A stretch of DNA of 63,067 bases, the filler included, from Cercozoa sp. M6MM (taxonomy: Eukaryota > Protista > Endomyxa: Ascetosporea): assembly GCA_040357565.1 (NCBI GenBank). It is 6 parts of 6 records of this genome, joined end to end, with 100 filler letters (N's around TTAATTAATTAA, not from the genome) between each part and the next. Parts side by side here need not be neighbours in the genome. Positions count along the whole stretch, not along the records: positions 23,907 to 31,673 come from JBDODJ010000597.1; positions 31,774 to 54,746 come from JBDODJ010000176.1; 4 more parts are not named here. One strand, written 5' to 3'. Positions 23,807 through 34,463 of this stretch are shown piece after piece. The notes beneath the pieces were generated by a model that was not told the DNA's origin, searched no databases, and saw nothing but the letters and a program-made list of their open reading frames with translations. The position numbers and the translations under genes were made by a program. The first letter of the stretch is position 1, and each line of letters opens with the position of its first letter.

Positions 23807-23906
23807 NNNNNNNNNNNNNNNNNNNNNNNNNNNNNNNNNNNNNNNNNNNNTTAATTAATTAANNNNNNNNNNNNNNNNNNNNNNNNNNNNNNNNNNNNNN
23901 NNNNNN
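23807..23906. other. Artificial contig spacer (N44-TTAATTAATTAA-N44); also at 31674-31773, 54747-54846, 58603-58702, 61874-61973
   Basis: Identical 100-nt N-padded linker with stops in all six frames occurs five times. Confidence 0.97.
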
Positions 23907-24158
23907 GAAGCCAGGGTTGGTGGTGAAACCAGTGGTGGCGGTGAGGCCAGAGGAGGCGGTGAAGCCAGGGTTGGTGATGAAACCAGTGGTGGCGGTGAAG
24001 CCAGAGTTGGTGGTGAAACCAGTGGTGGCGGTGAGGCCAGAGGTGGCTGTGAGGCCAATGATCTGATGACAAGTTGGGAAACCGAAAAACACACAAACAA
24101 GCACAAACAAAAAGTCTTCCATGACACGCGAGCCCCCAGGAGCCCAGCGCGTGCCATG
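23907..24158 (-). CDS. 5' fragment of a putative membrane or secreted protein with an 18-bp tandem-repeat stalk
   Basis: MARAGLLGARVSWKTFCLCLFVCFSVSQLVIR followed by (LASPPP/LVSPPT)n; the alternative frame gives (GFTATT)n. Runs into the spacer. Confidence 0.45.
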
Positions 24159-24584
24159 TTTCCCAGGTATGCCACTAGAGTATACCTGAGGTTGTCTGGC
24201 GTCTTTCGGCTTCTTGCGCGTCAGGTCGGTGCGTGCTGCTTATCGATCTACTCGGCTGCTCTAGCGCTTCCTTGTAGTGTGTGCACACGTCTGAGTATCT
24301 TTAGTGGGTCCAATTAGGTCACCAAAAAACTCCTTACCGTAAGATACCTGGCATAGCTCAACCAAGTCTGTCATCTGACTACCCGTCAGTGCGGACAACT
24401 CGGGGCTTAATATAGTCGTCTTCGATACCTTAGTTACTGATTTATACCGTAACACAACCTACACTTGTATTTAAATTACGTCCGGTCACCGCGAGCGCAA
24501 GCCATAATGTGTGCATGCACGGCGGGGAGCGGCAGGGTGCGATCGCGAGGCAGTACGTGCGTGTGCCGTGCGAGACAGACCAAA

Positions 24585-25909
24585 CTAGCTACCTTGCATG
24601 AGCTTGTTCAGTCTGGCCTCTGTGTGCACAATCAAAGCATGCCGAAGACACAAGAGGTCATGGAGGAGTGGTACCCAAGTCGTCCTCGGTGGCAGTCTCG
24701 GTCTGCGCCTGTGTCTGACGCACCGTGGTCGGTGCTTCCTCTGAGTATGGGCAAGGATACACAGGGCAGAGAATGGAGGCCATAAGGAAGGTAGAGGAGG
24801 GGGTAGGTACCAAGTGCAGTATCGATTTCGAGACCGTTCTCATCGGCGATCTCGGCCATGAGGCCATGTACCTGGTCAGTCTCCGTGACCATGCCAGTGG
24901 ACCGTTGCACCGTTTGCTGTGTCGAGACAGAGAGTAAGGAGGGTAGGGTAGGGCAGGGTAGGGTGGGGTAGGGTAGGGTAGGGTAGAATAGGGAAGGGTA
25001 GGGTAGTGTAGGGTAGTGTAGGGTAGGGTAGGGTAGGGTAGGGTAGGGTAGGGTAGAATATGGTAGGGTATAATAGGGTAGGGTAGGGTAGAATAGGGTA
25101 GGGTAGTGTAGGGTAGGGTAGGGTAGGGTAGGGTAGGGTAGGGTAGGGTAGGGTAGAATAGGTTAAGGTAGGGTGAGGAAGGTCGGAAACAGTACATCCA
25201 TGACAGCCGACTGAACGTCAAGATCCTCAAACTGGCGCTCGAATTGCTGTCCACACAGGGAGGGAAAGAGGTAAGTAAAGTCAGACAAGAGACAGTGTGC
25301 AACTAGTACATCCATGACACGCGTCATCTTTTCCACGTCCATCTGCTTCATGGCGACATTCATGGTCTGCACGACGTTGCCGATGCTCTTGCTCATCATG
25401 CGCTGCGACTGCATCGATCTGGAGGGGGAAAGGGGTAAGGGTAAGGGTAAGGGTACAAGGGGAAAGAAGGGGTAAAAACGAGCTACTGCATGCGCTGCGC
25501 GACGGCATCGAGACGCGACGAAATTCGCAGAAAGTTCACGCTTTCATTCTTGTGCCGAATCACGTTCTGCGCTGCTCATGGCCGCCCACGTGTCACGTGC
25601 CCTTGAAACAATGAAACCGTCAGTACCATAAATCTGCGCGCGCTCTTGGTCGCCGTCCTTGAGTGCTGCGGCCACCTGTGGACACAAGGCACCAGCTCGC
25701 ACAGGACACAGTACACCCACACTCGGGAGGTACCTTGGAACGCTCGGCGCGCGACTTTTTCAGACATTTCGTGCTCTCCTTGCTGTGAGTACAGTTGGCA
25801 AAAACGCGTACAGGCAAACCTTCAACAGAAAACAGCGGTACGCTAGACGCTTCGAGGCGAACTTGATCTCAAAAATCTGATCCGAAAGACTGCTCTGTTG
25901 CTGGCCCAT
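24585..25909 (-). CDS. CHMP1: ESCRT-III subunit CHMP1/Did2/Vps46
   Basis: MGQQQSSLSDQIFEIKFASKRL...AQNVIRHKNESVNFLRISSRLDAVAQRMQ...QFERQFEDLDVQ...LMAEIADENGL...EDDLEARLNKL (MIM1-like end). Confidence 0.92.
24938..25173. repeat. (GGGTA)n / (TACCC)n pentanucleotide array inside a CHMP1 intron
   Basis: About 235 bp of GGGTA units with variants; a shorter (GGGTAA)n array lies at 25432-25456 in the neighbouring intron. Confidence 0.92.
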
Positions 25910-26296
25910 TTTTCTGATTCTCGTTTATGTCACAGGCTTAAACGAGTTCCTGTCGCTATAGCAATATTTATATAGCTTGCGCACGCGTGGAGACACCTCT
26001 AACACTCGTGATAGCGTTGCGAGTATAAGATAATCGAGTGTGCCCGTAGCCACATTAAAATCGAGTGATCGCTGACGCTGAAGAACCTCATATCTAGACT
26101 GCTGCGACGTGCTGAGTTTTTAACAGATTACCTTCAGACAGCGCTGCAGATGGGTGGGTCCCTCCAATAACTTTTGTATTATATCTTTGGTGCCTGATGC
26201 AGACTGGGACTGTCAAAAACAGAGGGTCGGGGTCTCGACGACACGCTGGATAGCATTGTGGGTGCCGCTGCCGCCCAACCCAAAGACTGGCAGGAC

Positions 26297-27371
26297 ATGG
26301 AGTTTCGCTCGAGGTGCTCTCACACAGTTCCGTGTTGTGAGGCTAGTGGTAATGCATGGTAATGCATACCTTGGGTGTCTGTGGGCACAGCGATGTCCTC
26401 TCAGTGGGCGACACAGACACCACCATCGTCGAGAAAGTCGAAAGCGCACTCGAGAAGTGAAATTAACTGTTGTTTTTGTGTCGGTGATGTGGAGTCTCAT
26501 GTGTGTGTGTGTGTATGTGCATGTGTTTAGAATGAGAGAAGAGCTGCGCGAGGAACTGAGGCACTGTGGCGAGCAGACCGTAAGAACTGGATCTAAGAAC
26601 TGGATCTACACAAGTGTTGTCTGTGCTGAAAGACACTAAAATTGCGGATGCTGCAGGTTCGAGAAAGCGTCCAGAGAATCGCGGATGCTTTGGAGAAACC
26701 CAGTGCTGTATGTTCGTTGTGTCATCATTCTATAAGGGTGATTGCAGTGCCTGTCTCTGTCTACAAGTAGACCGTGCCAGTCGAAGTGCCAACCGCACCG
26801 ATCGAAGCAGTTCTCCGAGAGGTAGGGACACCTCCGCTCTTACTCTGTGTGTGTGTCTGTGTCTGTGTCTGTGTCTGTGTCTGTGTCTGTGTCTGTGTCC
26901 GTGTCTGTGTGTATACCCTCTTGGCGCTGTAGCACTTGGCCTCGACGACGCCGTCGCAGCAGCAGCGGGAGGAGGAACTGCAACGACTACGAAGCGCTCT
27001 CGATGCAGTCATTGTACCGCACGGCCACTGTTGATATGTTAGTCTCTTTATTCTGTGCACAGAAGACACGGCGACCCGAACCGCCTGCTACGTCGGGCTG
27101 GCGCATCGCGCTCACTGTGCTGGCGCTGCTGGTGGCGCTGCTAGTGGCACTGCGCGTGCTCGGCATGTCTGGTAGCTGCTCCCTTTGCCCTCCCAAAACA
27201 CTCAACCTGGCTGCATTGCAGCACGACCCGCGGCCGCTGCCGGCTCGAGCTTCCGCCAACGGCCGCCCGTCTTCCTTTCTTGATCTCTGCCTGTTGCGCA
27301 ACTTTGCTTGCCGTTCCGGTGGACGCTTAGTTCTTTTTGCATTTAATGACTGTCGACAGATTTTACAGTAG
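26297..27371 (+). CDS. Hypothetical spliced protein with C-terminal TM helix
   Basis: Short exons with GT-AG flanks; strongly hydrophobic WRIALTVLALLVALLVALRVLG near the 3' end. Boundaries uncertain. Confidence 0.35.
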
Positions 27372-27566
27372 CCAAGCCTCCCAGTGCGGCGTTTACTGAG
27401 CGTTCCATCTGGTCGGGTACACGACGGTACACTACAAAAGTCTACGCTACGTAAGTCGTACGTACTACGCGAGTTTTACGGTTGGCAGTTCCCGTTCGAT
27501 GATCTTTATCATACTGACGGGATAAATCTTGAAGGTCACCGCGCCGGCGAGCTCGACTTGTTTGAA

Positions 27567-29200
27567 CTAAGGTCCGGACCCCGCCTCATCGCCGACAACT
27601 ACGTTGCCGATCGAGGCCGCGTGGGACACTTCCGCGCGCAGCATGCGCAGCAGCGGCGCGTCGCCTGCCAAACGAAAAGACATATATCGTATGGAACCTC
27701 CTGCAGCAACCAAAGACCTGTGTCAGCGCCGAAGCCAGCAAGCATGTTGGTAGCCACCTTGAGCAGTCCGATCAGAAAGAAGTACCTGAGTGCATTGTGT
27801 TTATATATGGGTACGGATAGAGGTACGGTAGTTAGGGAAGGGTACTCTAATGTCAGAAAGACAGGCACTGGCACGGGAGGGTTGTGAATCGATACAAAAA
27901 ACATCACGGCAACGCGCACTACTGTTGCTATTAGTGTCTACAGTCAAACGCAAGTTAACAGTACTTCAACCTCACCCGTATGGCAGGAAGTAGGTGTATC
28001 AATCGTACTGCTTGCACAAGTGACATTGGCATCGACACGACACGGCCTTCGGCGAAGCGTTCTGACGCTGCAATCAATCGGCAGAAAAGCGTAAAGTGCG
28101 AAGGCTACATATGTCGAGTCAAACCTTGTTGAACGACGTTGACACGCTTCAGGATACCACGCACTTCGCTTGCACTCAGAACACCTTCCTTTTTCGCCTC
28201 TTCCAAGCCGCGTACTGCCCTGCAAGATGTACAACTAACCAATGACTTGATGGAGTGAAGGAGTGTGCTGTGCCAAATAAGCGGCAGCGTGTGCTGCATC
28301 GAAGACGATATGGCCACCTCGCGCAGTGCTTGGACCTCTGCTGCCGTCAACTGGAGTGATCGTAAAAATAGTAAATAAAAGCGATCGACCAGTATCTAAG
28401 GCCAAAGGCAGGCTGGTACTAGCGAGTGCCAGTCGCGCAAGCAGCTCTCGTGTGGCACGTACTTGAGTCGACACCACGCGCTGCCATCACGAGCACTAAG
28501 CGTCACTGACTAAAGAAAATGGAAAGTGTACCATATCGATAAAAGGAGGGACAGGTAACGGTACCGCGGCACACCACCGCATGACGTTGTGTCGTATTTG
28601 GAGTCGCTGCTGATTCAACCTGCTGTTCGACGAAGCACACGTGTTGTTAGCGACAACGGCAGCTAAAGCTGGAAGGTGGCGACTCGGTCGGCCTGTTGGA
28701 ACACCAGCACGGTCTGCAGTATAAACTTACTCCTATGTGGGTAAACACCCGTACCTCCGAGTACGCTGTGCCATCGTTGAAAAGACACGGCTAAAAAGAA
28801 GGAAAGAAAAAGTGCCGTGATAGGACCATGCTCCCCGACGGTGTCCTTCACAAACGTCGCCACCGTGAGCAGCATGAAATGCAGAGTGTCGGTGGCCGGC
28901 AGCCAGTGCATTATGGCCCAGCACAAGTACCAGATAGCCAACAAAAAAGCCAGATGGCGCCACAGCATGCGGAACACTGAACCATGCCAATACAGCAGCA
29001 GTGATACGACCCTACGAGCAAACCATCTGTGTCCTTATAAAGTTAAGCACTCAATGTCACACAATGTCACCCCCCAATCTTCTCGAGATTCGTGTATCCG
29101 CGTTGTCGAAAGCGCTGCCGCAGCTCTTGACGCGGTGTAGTCAATTTCACCATTGAATGCAGGTGCTACGACGCCTGTTATCTCAAGTAAACCAGTGTTT
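27567..29200 (-). CDS. Bestrophin-family anion channel (start uncertain)
   Basis: LLLYWHGSVFRMLWRHLAFLL; LFLSFFLAVSFQRW; YFFLIGLLKVATNMLAGFGADTG|DAPLL, which is colinear with bestrophin GWLKVAEQLINPFGEDDDD. Confidence 0.8.
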
Positions 29201-29937
29201 AAAGTTACAGTCTCTTCCTGTCAGATGTGCAAGTGAATTCGGACTTTCAGTCCAGGTCTCCACCCGTTTTTTGATGCGGCATGTTTTTGTCTATGTGACA
29301 AATTGCAATTGCTCACCGAAATAAACTGAATCATGCGTTTGTTAGTGCTCCTTTGCACACTTTGCATTTCAAGTCAAAACGGCATGGCTGCCTGTGATCG
29401 GTAAAAAACAAACACATAATTCCAGTCTTTTCGAATTCCGTTCTGCTTACAACCGGCACCGTAGAGGGGATAGCGTCCTAAACGTAGCGGAGCTGAGTCA
29501 AAGAACGCCGTTGCCGGTGCAACTTCAGTGTCCCTACTGTCGAGGTCTCGTGACGTTCGCCAGGCAACTGATCCAAGAAGAAGGCCGAGCGAACGGCTCA
29601 GTTATGCTCGTCTGCATGTCGATTTCGCTCCTCTTGAACCTTCTCGCTGTTTGCGTTGGCGTAAAGCTGTATCTTCGATAGTTTGTTTTTCACACTGCGC
29701 GCTGCCAGCAGAAACTCTATTGGCTCCCGGCTCACTCAAGCTCACCAGCTGTTCGTGCACACTATAGGACAGAAACCAGTACTTTGACAGTGCTCCAGCG
29801 TGTGCGAAGACTGGTTCGCGTCCACTAAAGTCACGATGGTGCGCCTGGACTCTTGGGTGAAATGTATCAAGATTACACAATTTTTGGTTGAATGAAATCA
29901 CAGAGTCACGCGCAGCAGCACGCCTTGGCGGCTGACA

Positions 29938-31620
29938 TGCTGCAGTAAGTCGTGTGTTTTGCTCTGTTACTGTTTCCTTTATTTTTAGCTGTGCAGAAAG
30001 GTCTTTATGCTACTGGAGGCACAAGAAATCCGGCGTTGTGCGCTCGTACATTGTCTGTATTTTGTGTTGCATCCGCTGGGACGTTTTACTTGTGTGCAAA
30101 GGTGTGTCGCGACTGGCGCGATGCGCAAAACGACCCAGAGCTGTGGCGCCACTTGTCTCGACGGTAGCCTCCGTGTGTCATGCCCACGTTATGTCCACGA
30201 CCTTAATCAACTGTAGCCACGGCTGGCAGGCGCCGTTCCACAAGAACGCACGAAAGTACTTTTTTGACACGTTAGAGTTTACAATTTGACTAAAGCTTTT
30301 TCCTAGACTGCGCGCGTTCTATTTGCGTCAATTGGCTTCAACTCACGCTTTTCGACGAAATGAGCCGTATTCTTCAGTTGCCACTTTCCAGGATTTTCCA
30401 AGCAAAAAAACTGTACTCGCGTTGTTTAAGGTTTGTGCGCGAGGTCCAAACTTGCACTCCAATCAATTGGATGTTTGTTCCAAAACATGTTGACGCCTTT
30501 GCTGTACCCAACACTGAACTAAAGTCAACAGTATTTTGAATGTCAGTCTGATTGGAATATCTGCCCAGTGGGACATCGGCTCCGGTAGTGCTCGTCGTGT
30601 TGAAGCGAACGCCAACACTGCGATTCTTGTGCAGGTGCTTTTTTTGCTTTCCCTTCGATTTGTGCGACAGGCGTGCCGATGACGTGGAGATCAGTTCAGT
30701 TGAATTTTTCATTTATCTTTATTCTGTGACGAGCAGCAATCGCCATCAACACGAGTGAGTCTGTGGAGTTTCGATCCAGACGCACCGCCTTCCGAACCAG
30801 TATTTTGCCTGTTTTTCCTCCAGCATGAGTCAGTTCGTGCAAACATAATTGTAGCCAAAGGCAGTCAACGCTGAAGTCTTCAACCAGTAGTTTCTGTGCA
30901 TTCTCAATCCAGTGAGTGCCAATGTAGCCGCCCAAGTGCAGGTTCGCCGGTCGTTCCAGTGTTTTCTCGTCAATTGCGATCCATGGGCGGTGAGTTGACT
31001 CCTGCTTTTGTTATTACTATGCTTGCTGTGTGCCTGAGTGTTGGGTTTGCAGATACGCCGTGTTCGCGCTGCAGCAAGAGCTGCGAATTCTTGATTTCGC
31101 CAATAGTACTTCCTATGTTAGTTGCATGTGTTTTGTGAGATTTCACATTGTATTTCCTTGCAGACGAATGTCGGCGAACGAACGTTTCTCATCTGTCCAC
31201 GGTTTCGGTTATAGCCGTCAATTCCGACCTCGGCGTGGCTGCCACTGCTGTAAACACTAAATTGCAAACAGGGACAGGACAAGAATGAAATGAATGTACT
31301 TTTCGGTAGGGCTACGACCGTGTGGTGCGTGTTTGGAACTTGCGCACTGCACGCCAGATGCTCGTGCATGAAGTTCAGCCGCAACACAGCGTAGCTGGTT
31401 TCTCCTACACCTGGTTCCTGTCGCTTGTTGAATTCCAATGCGCGTGCAGCGGGACGAAGAGAAAACCACCGAAACTGACGAGAGCAACGACGAAAACGAC
31501 GAGGCCGATGGCGACGATTACGCTCGTTTCTCGCGACGACAGGTCGGCATCTGGTGTGTCGATGTCTGTCCGCGCGGACGGTAGTTCCCTTCAGTTGTAG
31601 TCTGTGCGTAGGGCGTGACT
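29938..31620 (+). CDS. F-box/WD40 protein (partial, runs into spacer)
   Basis: F-box-like LCAKVCRDWRDAQNDPELWRHL; WD repeat GYDRVVRVWNLRT; GT-AG introns. Confidence 0.6.
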
Positions 31621-31624
31621 GTGG

Positions 31625-31673
<49 letters not shown>

Positions 31674-31773
31674 NNNNNNNNNNNNNNNNNNNNNNNNNNN
31701 NNNNNNNNNNNNNNNNNTTAATTAATTAANNNNNNNNNNNNNNNNNNNNNNNNNNNNNNNNNNNNNNNNNNNN

Positions 31774-31820
<47 letters not shown>

Positions 31821-31854
31821 GAGAGCTAGTTGACACCCTTGCGGATGTGGACAG

Positions 31855-32179
31855 GCGGAGGAAGCTCGACTACGAACTACGCCGGCGCCGGAGGTATCTT
31901 TTGTGGGTGTTGACGATAAATTGAAAGGGGTAACGTGTTATGAGGTTGGTACCTTTTTAGGAGGCACCGCTGGAGGCAATGCTGCGGGAACCAACGGAAG
32001 TCCACTCTCCTCGGGTAAATAAAATCTATGTGAGCAAGCACCGAGCAATGCCCGCGCTAACGTGGTTTTGTTGTTAAGGTGGCGGAGGCAGTATATCTAA
32101 CGGCACGTCGACTACTATTGTAAACCACCGCACATAAACTATGTCGTATCAAACTGTGCGTGTGTCTGTGTGTGTGCGT

Positions 32180-32231
<52 letters not shown>

Positions 32232-32241
32232 NNNNNNNNNN

Positions 32242-32288
<47 letters not shown>

Positions 32289-32366
32289 CGGATGTAGAGC
32301 CTCGCGTTCCTTGGTGAATCCGGCTCGGTGTTGATTGAACTTGTGTCTTCTTCATGCCCACCGTGA
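31855..32366 (+). CDS. 3' end of a glycine-rich-domain protein
   Basis: Four small exons splice in frame: GGGSSTTNYAGAG|GGTAGGNAAGTNGSPLSS|GGGGSISNGTSTTI|SLAFLGESGSVLIELVSSSCPP*. Confidence 0.55.
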
Positions 32367-32471
32367 ACACTGGTTGCGAGAAAGTGGACTAAAGCAGTAT
32401 TAATGCCGCCGTACTGTTACTGTTACTGCCTGCACTTTCGCCTATCCGTCAATCAGTATCTCGTTTAGTAC

Positions 32472-34301
32472 TTAAGTTAAACTGGTCGCGGTTCGTCTCT
32501 CGTTCTTGCACAGTTCGGTGCGTCGCATGTCAGCAGCGTGCAGCAACTGTTGGTACTCGCGGCGTTGCGCTTCTCGCGAGTGACGCTTGCGGAGTGCGCG
32601 TGCTGCCGCCACGAGTCGTTGCTCTTGTTGCAGCGCTGCCACTTCCTGCTGCAGGCGCGACCAGACAGTCTGTACAGGTAGGTACATTAAGCTAATACAT
32701 ACTAAAGACTCGACGGAAAGTGAGATACCTCCTTCAAGGCATGTCGTTCTCCGCGAAGTGTCTTCCTGGTCTCGTCGAAGTACTCTTGCAGTATCGCATG
32801 CCTACGCGGTCCGTTGCACCAGCGTTGGCAGCGATCGGCCTGTTCAGCAAGCTGACGAGTTTTTGCAGTGCCCTCCAAGCGCTCTGCCGGTCTCTCTTCG
32901 AGTACTGGAACACTGCTAGGTGGTGGTGTAGGTAAGCCAGTGTGTGTCTCTCGTGCATGCGTGTACTCGCGTGTGTCACCGCTGAAGCGTTCATGCTCAC
33001 TAGGACGTTTGAAATCATGACTCAACCGTGCATGCTTCTCGCGAGGGAAAGGAGGTAGCTCGTGTGAGTCGCCGCTCAGTTGTGCACCAGCTCCAGCGCG
33101 GTGTCGAGGTAGTTGGCGTTTCTCCTCGCCGGTGCTATCTATGCGTTCATAGACATCAACAGAATCCACACGAGGTCGGCGCTCTCGTCGCTTCTGGTGT
33201 CGGCGCGATCGTCGCCGTCGGTGTCCCGTGCGATGAAGAAAGTGCACATGTCGCATTGGAGCCGAAACGCGCGACACATTTTCTGCCGATGGGTGCTGGT
33301 GCTCGGAGAGCTGCTTCGACACGTGAGAACGGCCATGGCGGTGGTGACGGTGTTTGTGAAGGTGAGATCGGCGTGGAGACCGCGGAATCAAGCGACGGTC
33401 GCGATCACTTGGTGCCATTCTCTCCAGTCGCATGATCGCCAATGGAGCCTATCAGGTAATTATGAGTGCTTTTTATTTATTTAGTTTCGCACTTACTTTT
33501 ACGTCTTTGCCGTCGCCCAGGGTACGAAAGAACGTGCCGGTGTCGAGAATGCACCCTAGGTTAATCCACACCAACTCTTCCCTTTCTGGCAAAGAAAGTA
33601 AAGTAGTCGAATGTACCACGCTCCACATCAAACCAGCAGAAGGAATGAGACGCAATAAGCACCGAAACATGCGTGAACACTGGTCGTTTGTTCACCAAAA
33701 CAGTGAGTCGATGCAGGCCAAGTCGGCGCGGTCTCAGATGCACTCGAACCACCTGCAAGTGATTGGGATTCTCCGACACCCCTTGATAGAATGTTAATAA
33801 TAGACCTCGGTGTGTTCGTCCTGCGAGACAGTCATGATACTGCGCTGAGGAATTCGTTTCTGCTTGGTCTCGTTGGGCGACACAATGAGACAGTCCACTT
33901 TGGCATGGGCAGGACACGTGATGGCGAAGGAAGCGGACACACGGTTCTTGTTCACACGACCTGCCAGTTGGTTCCATGCACCCGATGCCACGATACTAGT
34001 TACTGCACAAACAGAGCCTGGAGGTAAAGTGAAAACGCAGGTCAAAAGCGTACGCTCTTCCCGTCCAGCACGATGTCCTCCGCCGGCCAGATCGCCGACA
34101 TCACTGATCCCTGAATGCGAAGAAGTGATCGATCCACTTCCGTGCAGTGCCTCGCGACTGCTCTCTGGTAAGGCTGAAAACAGGGGCCTGTCAGCGTAGA
34201 GTTATAATTGAACAATCAGGGGGAAATTAAGCACCTGGCCAATCAAGTTCACAGTCATCCAGATGCACCCGGTCGCTGTCAAGCGACGAGTCTTCTTCCA
34301 T
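32472..34301 (-). CDS. Uncharacterised low-complexity (His/Arg-rich) protein with C-terminal coiled coil
   Basis: 246-codon exon 32702-33442 plus a coiled-coil last exon (RLQQEVAALQQEQR...). Start MEEDSSLD at 34301 is inferred. Confidence 0.5.
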
Positions 34302-34463
34302 CTTGTGCGCACGTACTCTTTCAGTATGACTTAGTTCATTCGCTTAGCGATTAAAACGGCTCTAACAACTCGCGCACAGATGTGCGAAGTCGGCTTTTCT
34401 TCGGCGCAACGGCAACTTGGAATCTCAACATCTGGCCCCCAAAAAGAGCACGGATGGGTTACT

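Noticed and set aside
23807-23906. Repeated TTAATTAATTAA palindrome flanked by Ns (five copies)
   Set aside because: Artificial contig-joining linker, not biology; gene adjacency across it is unreliable.
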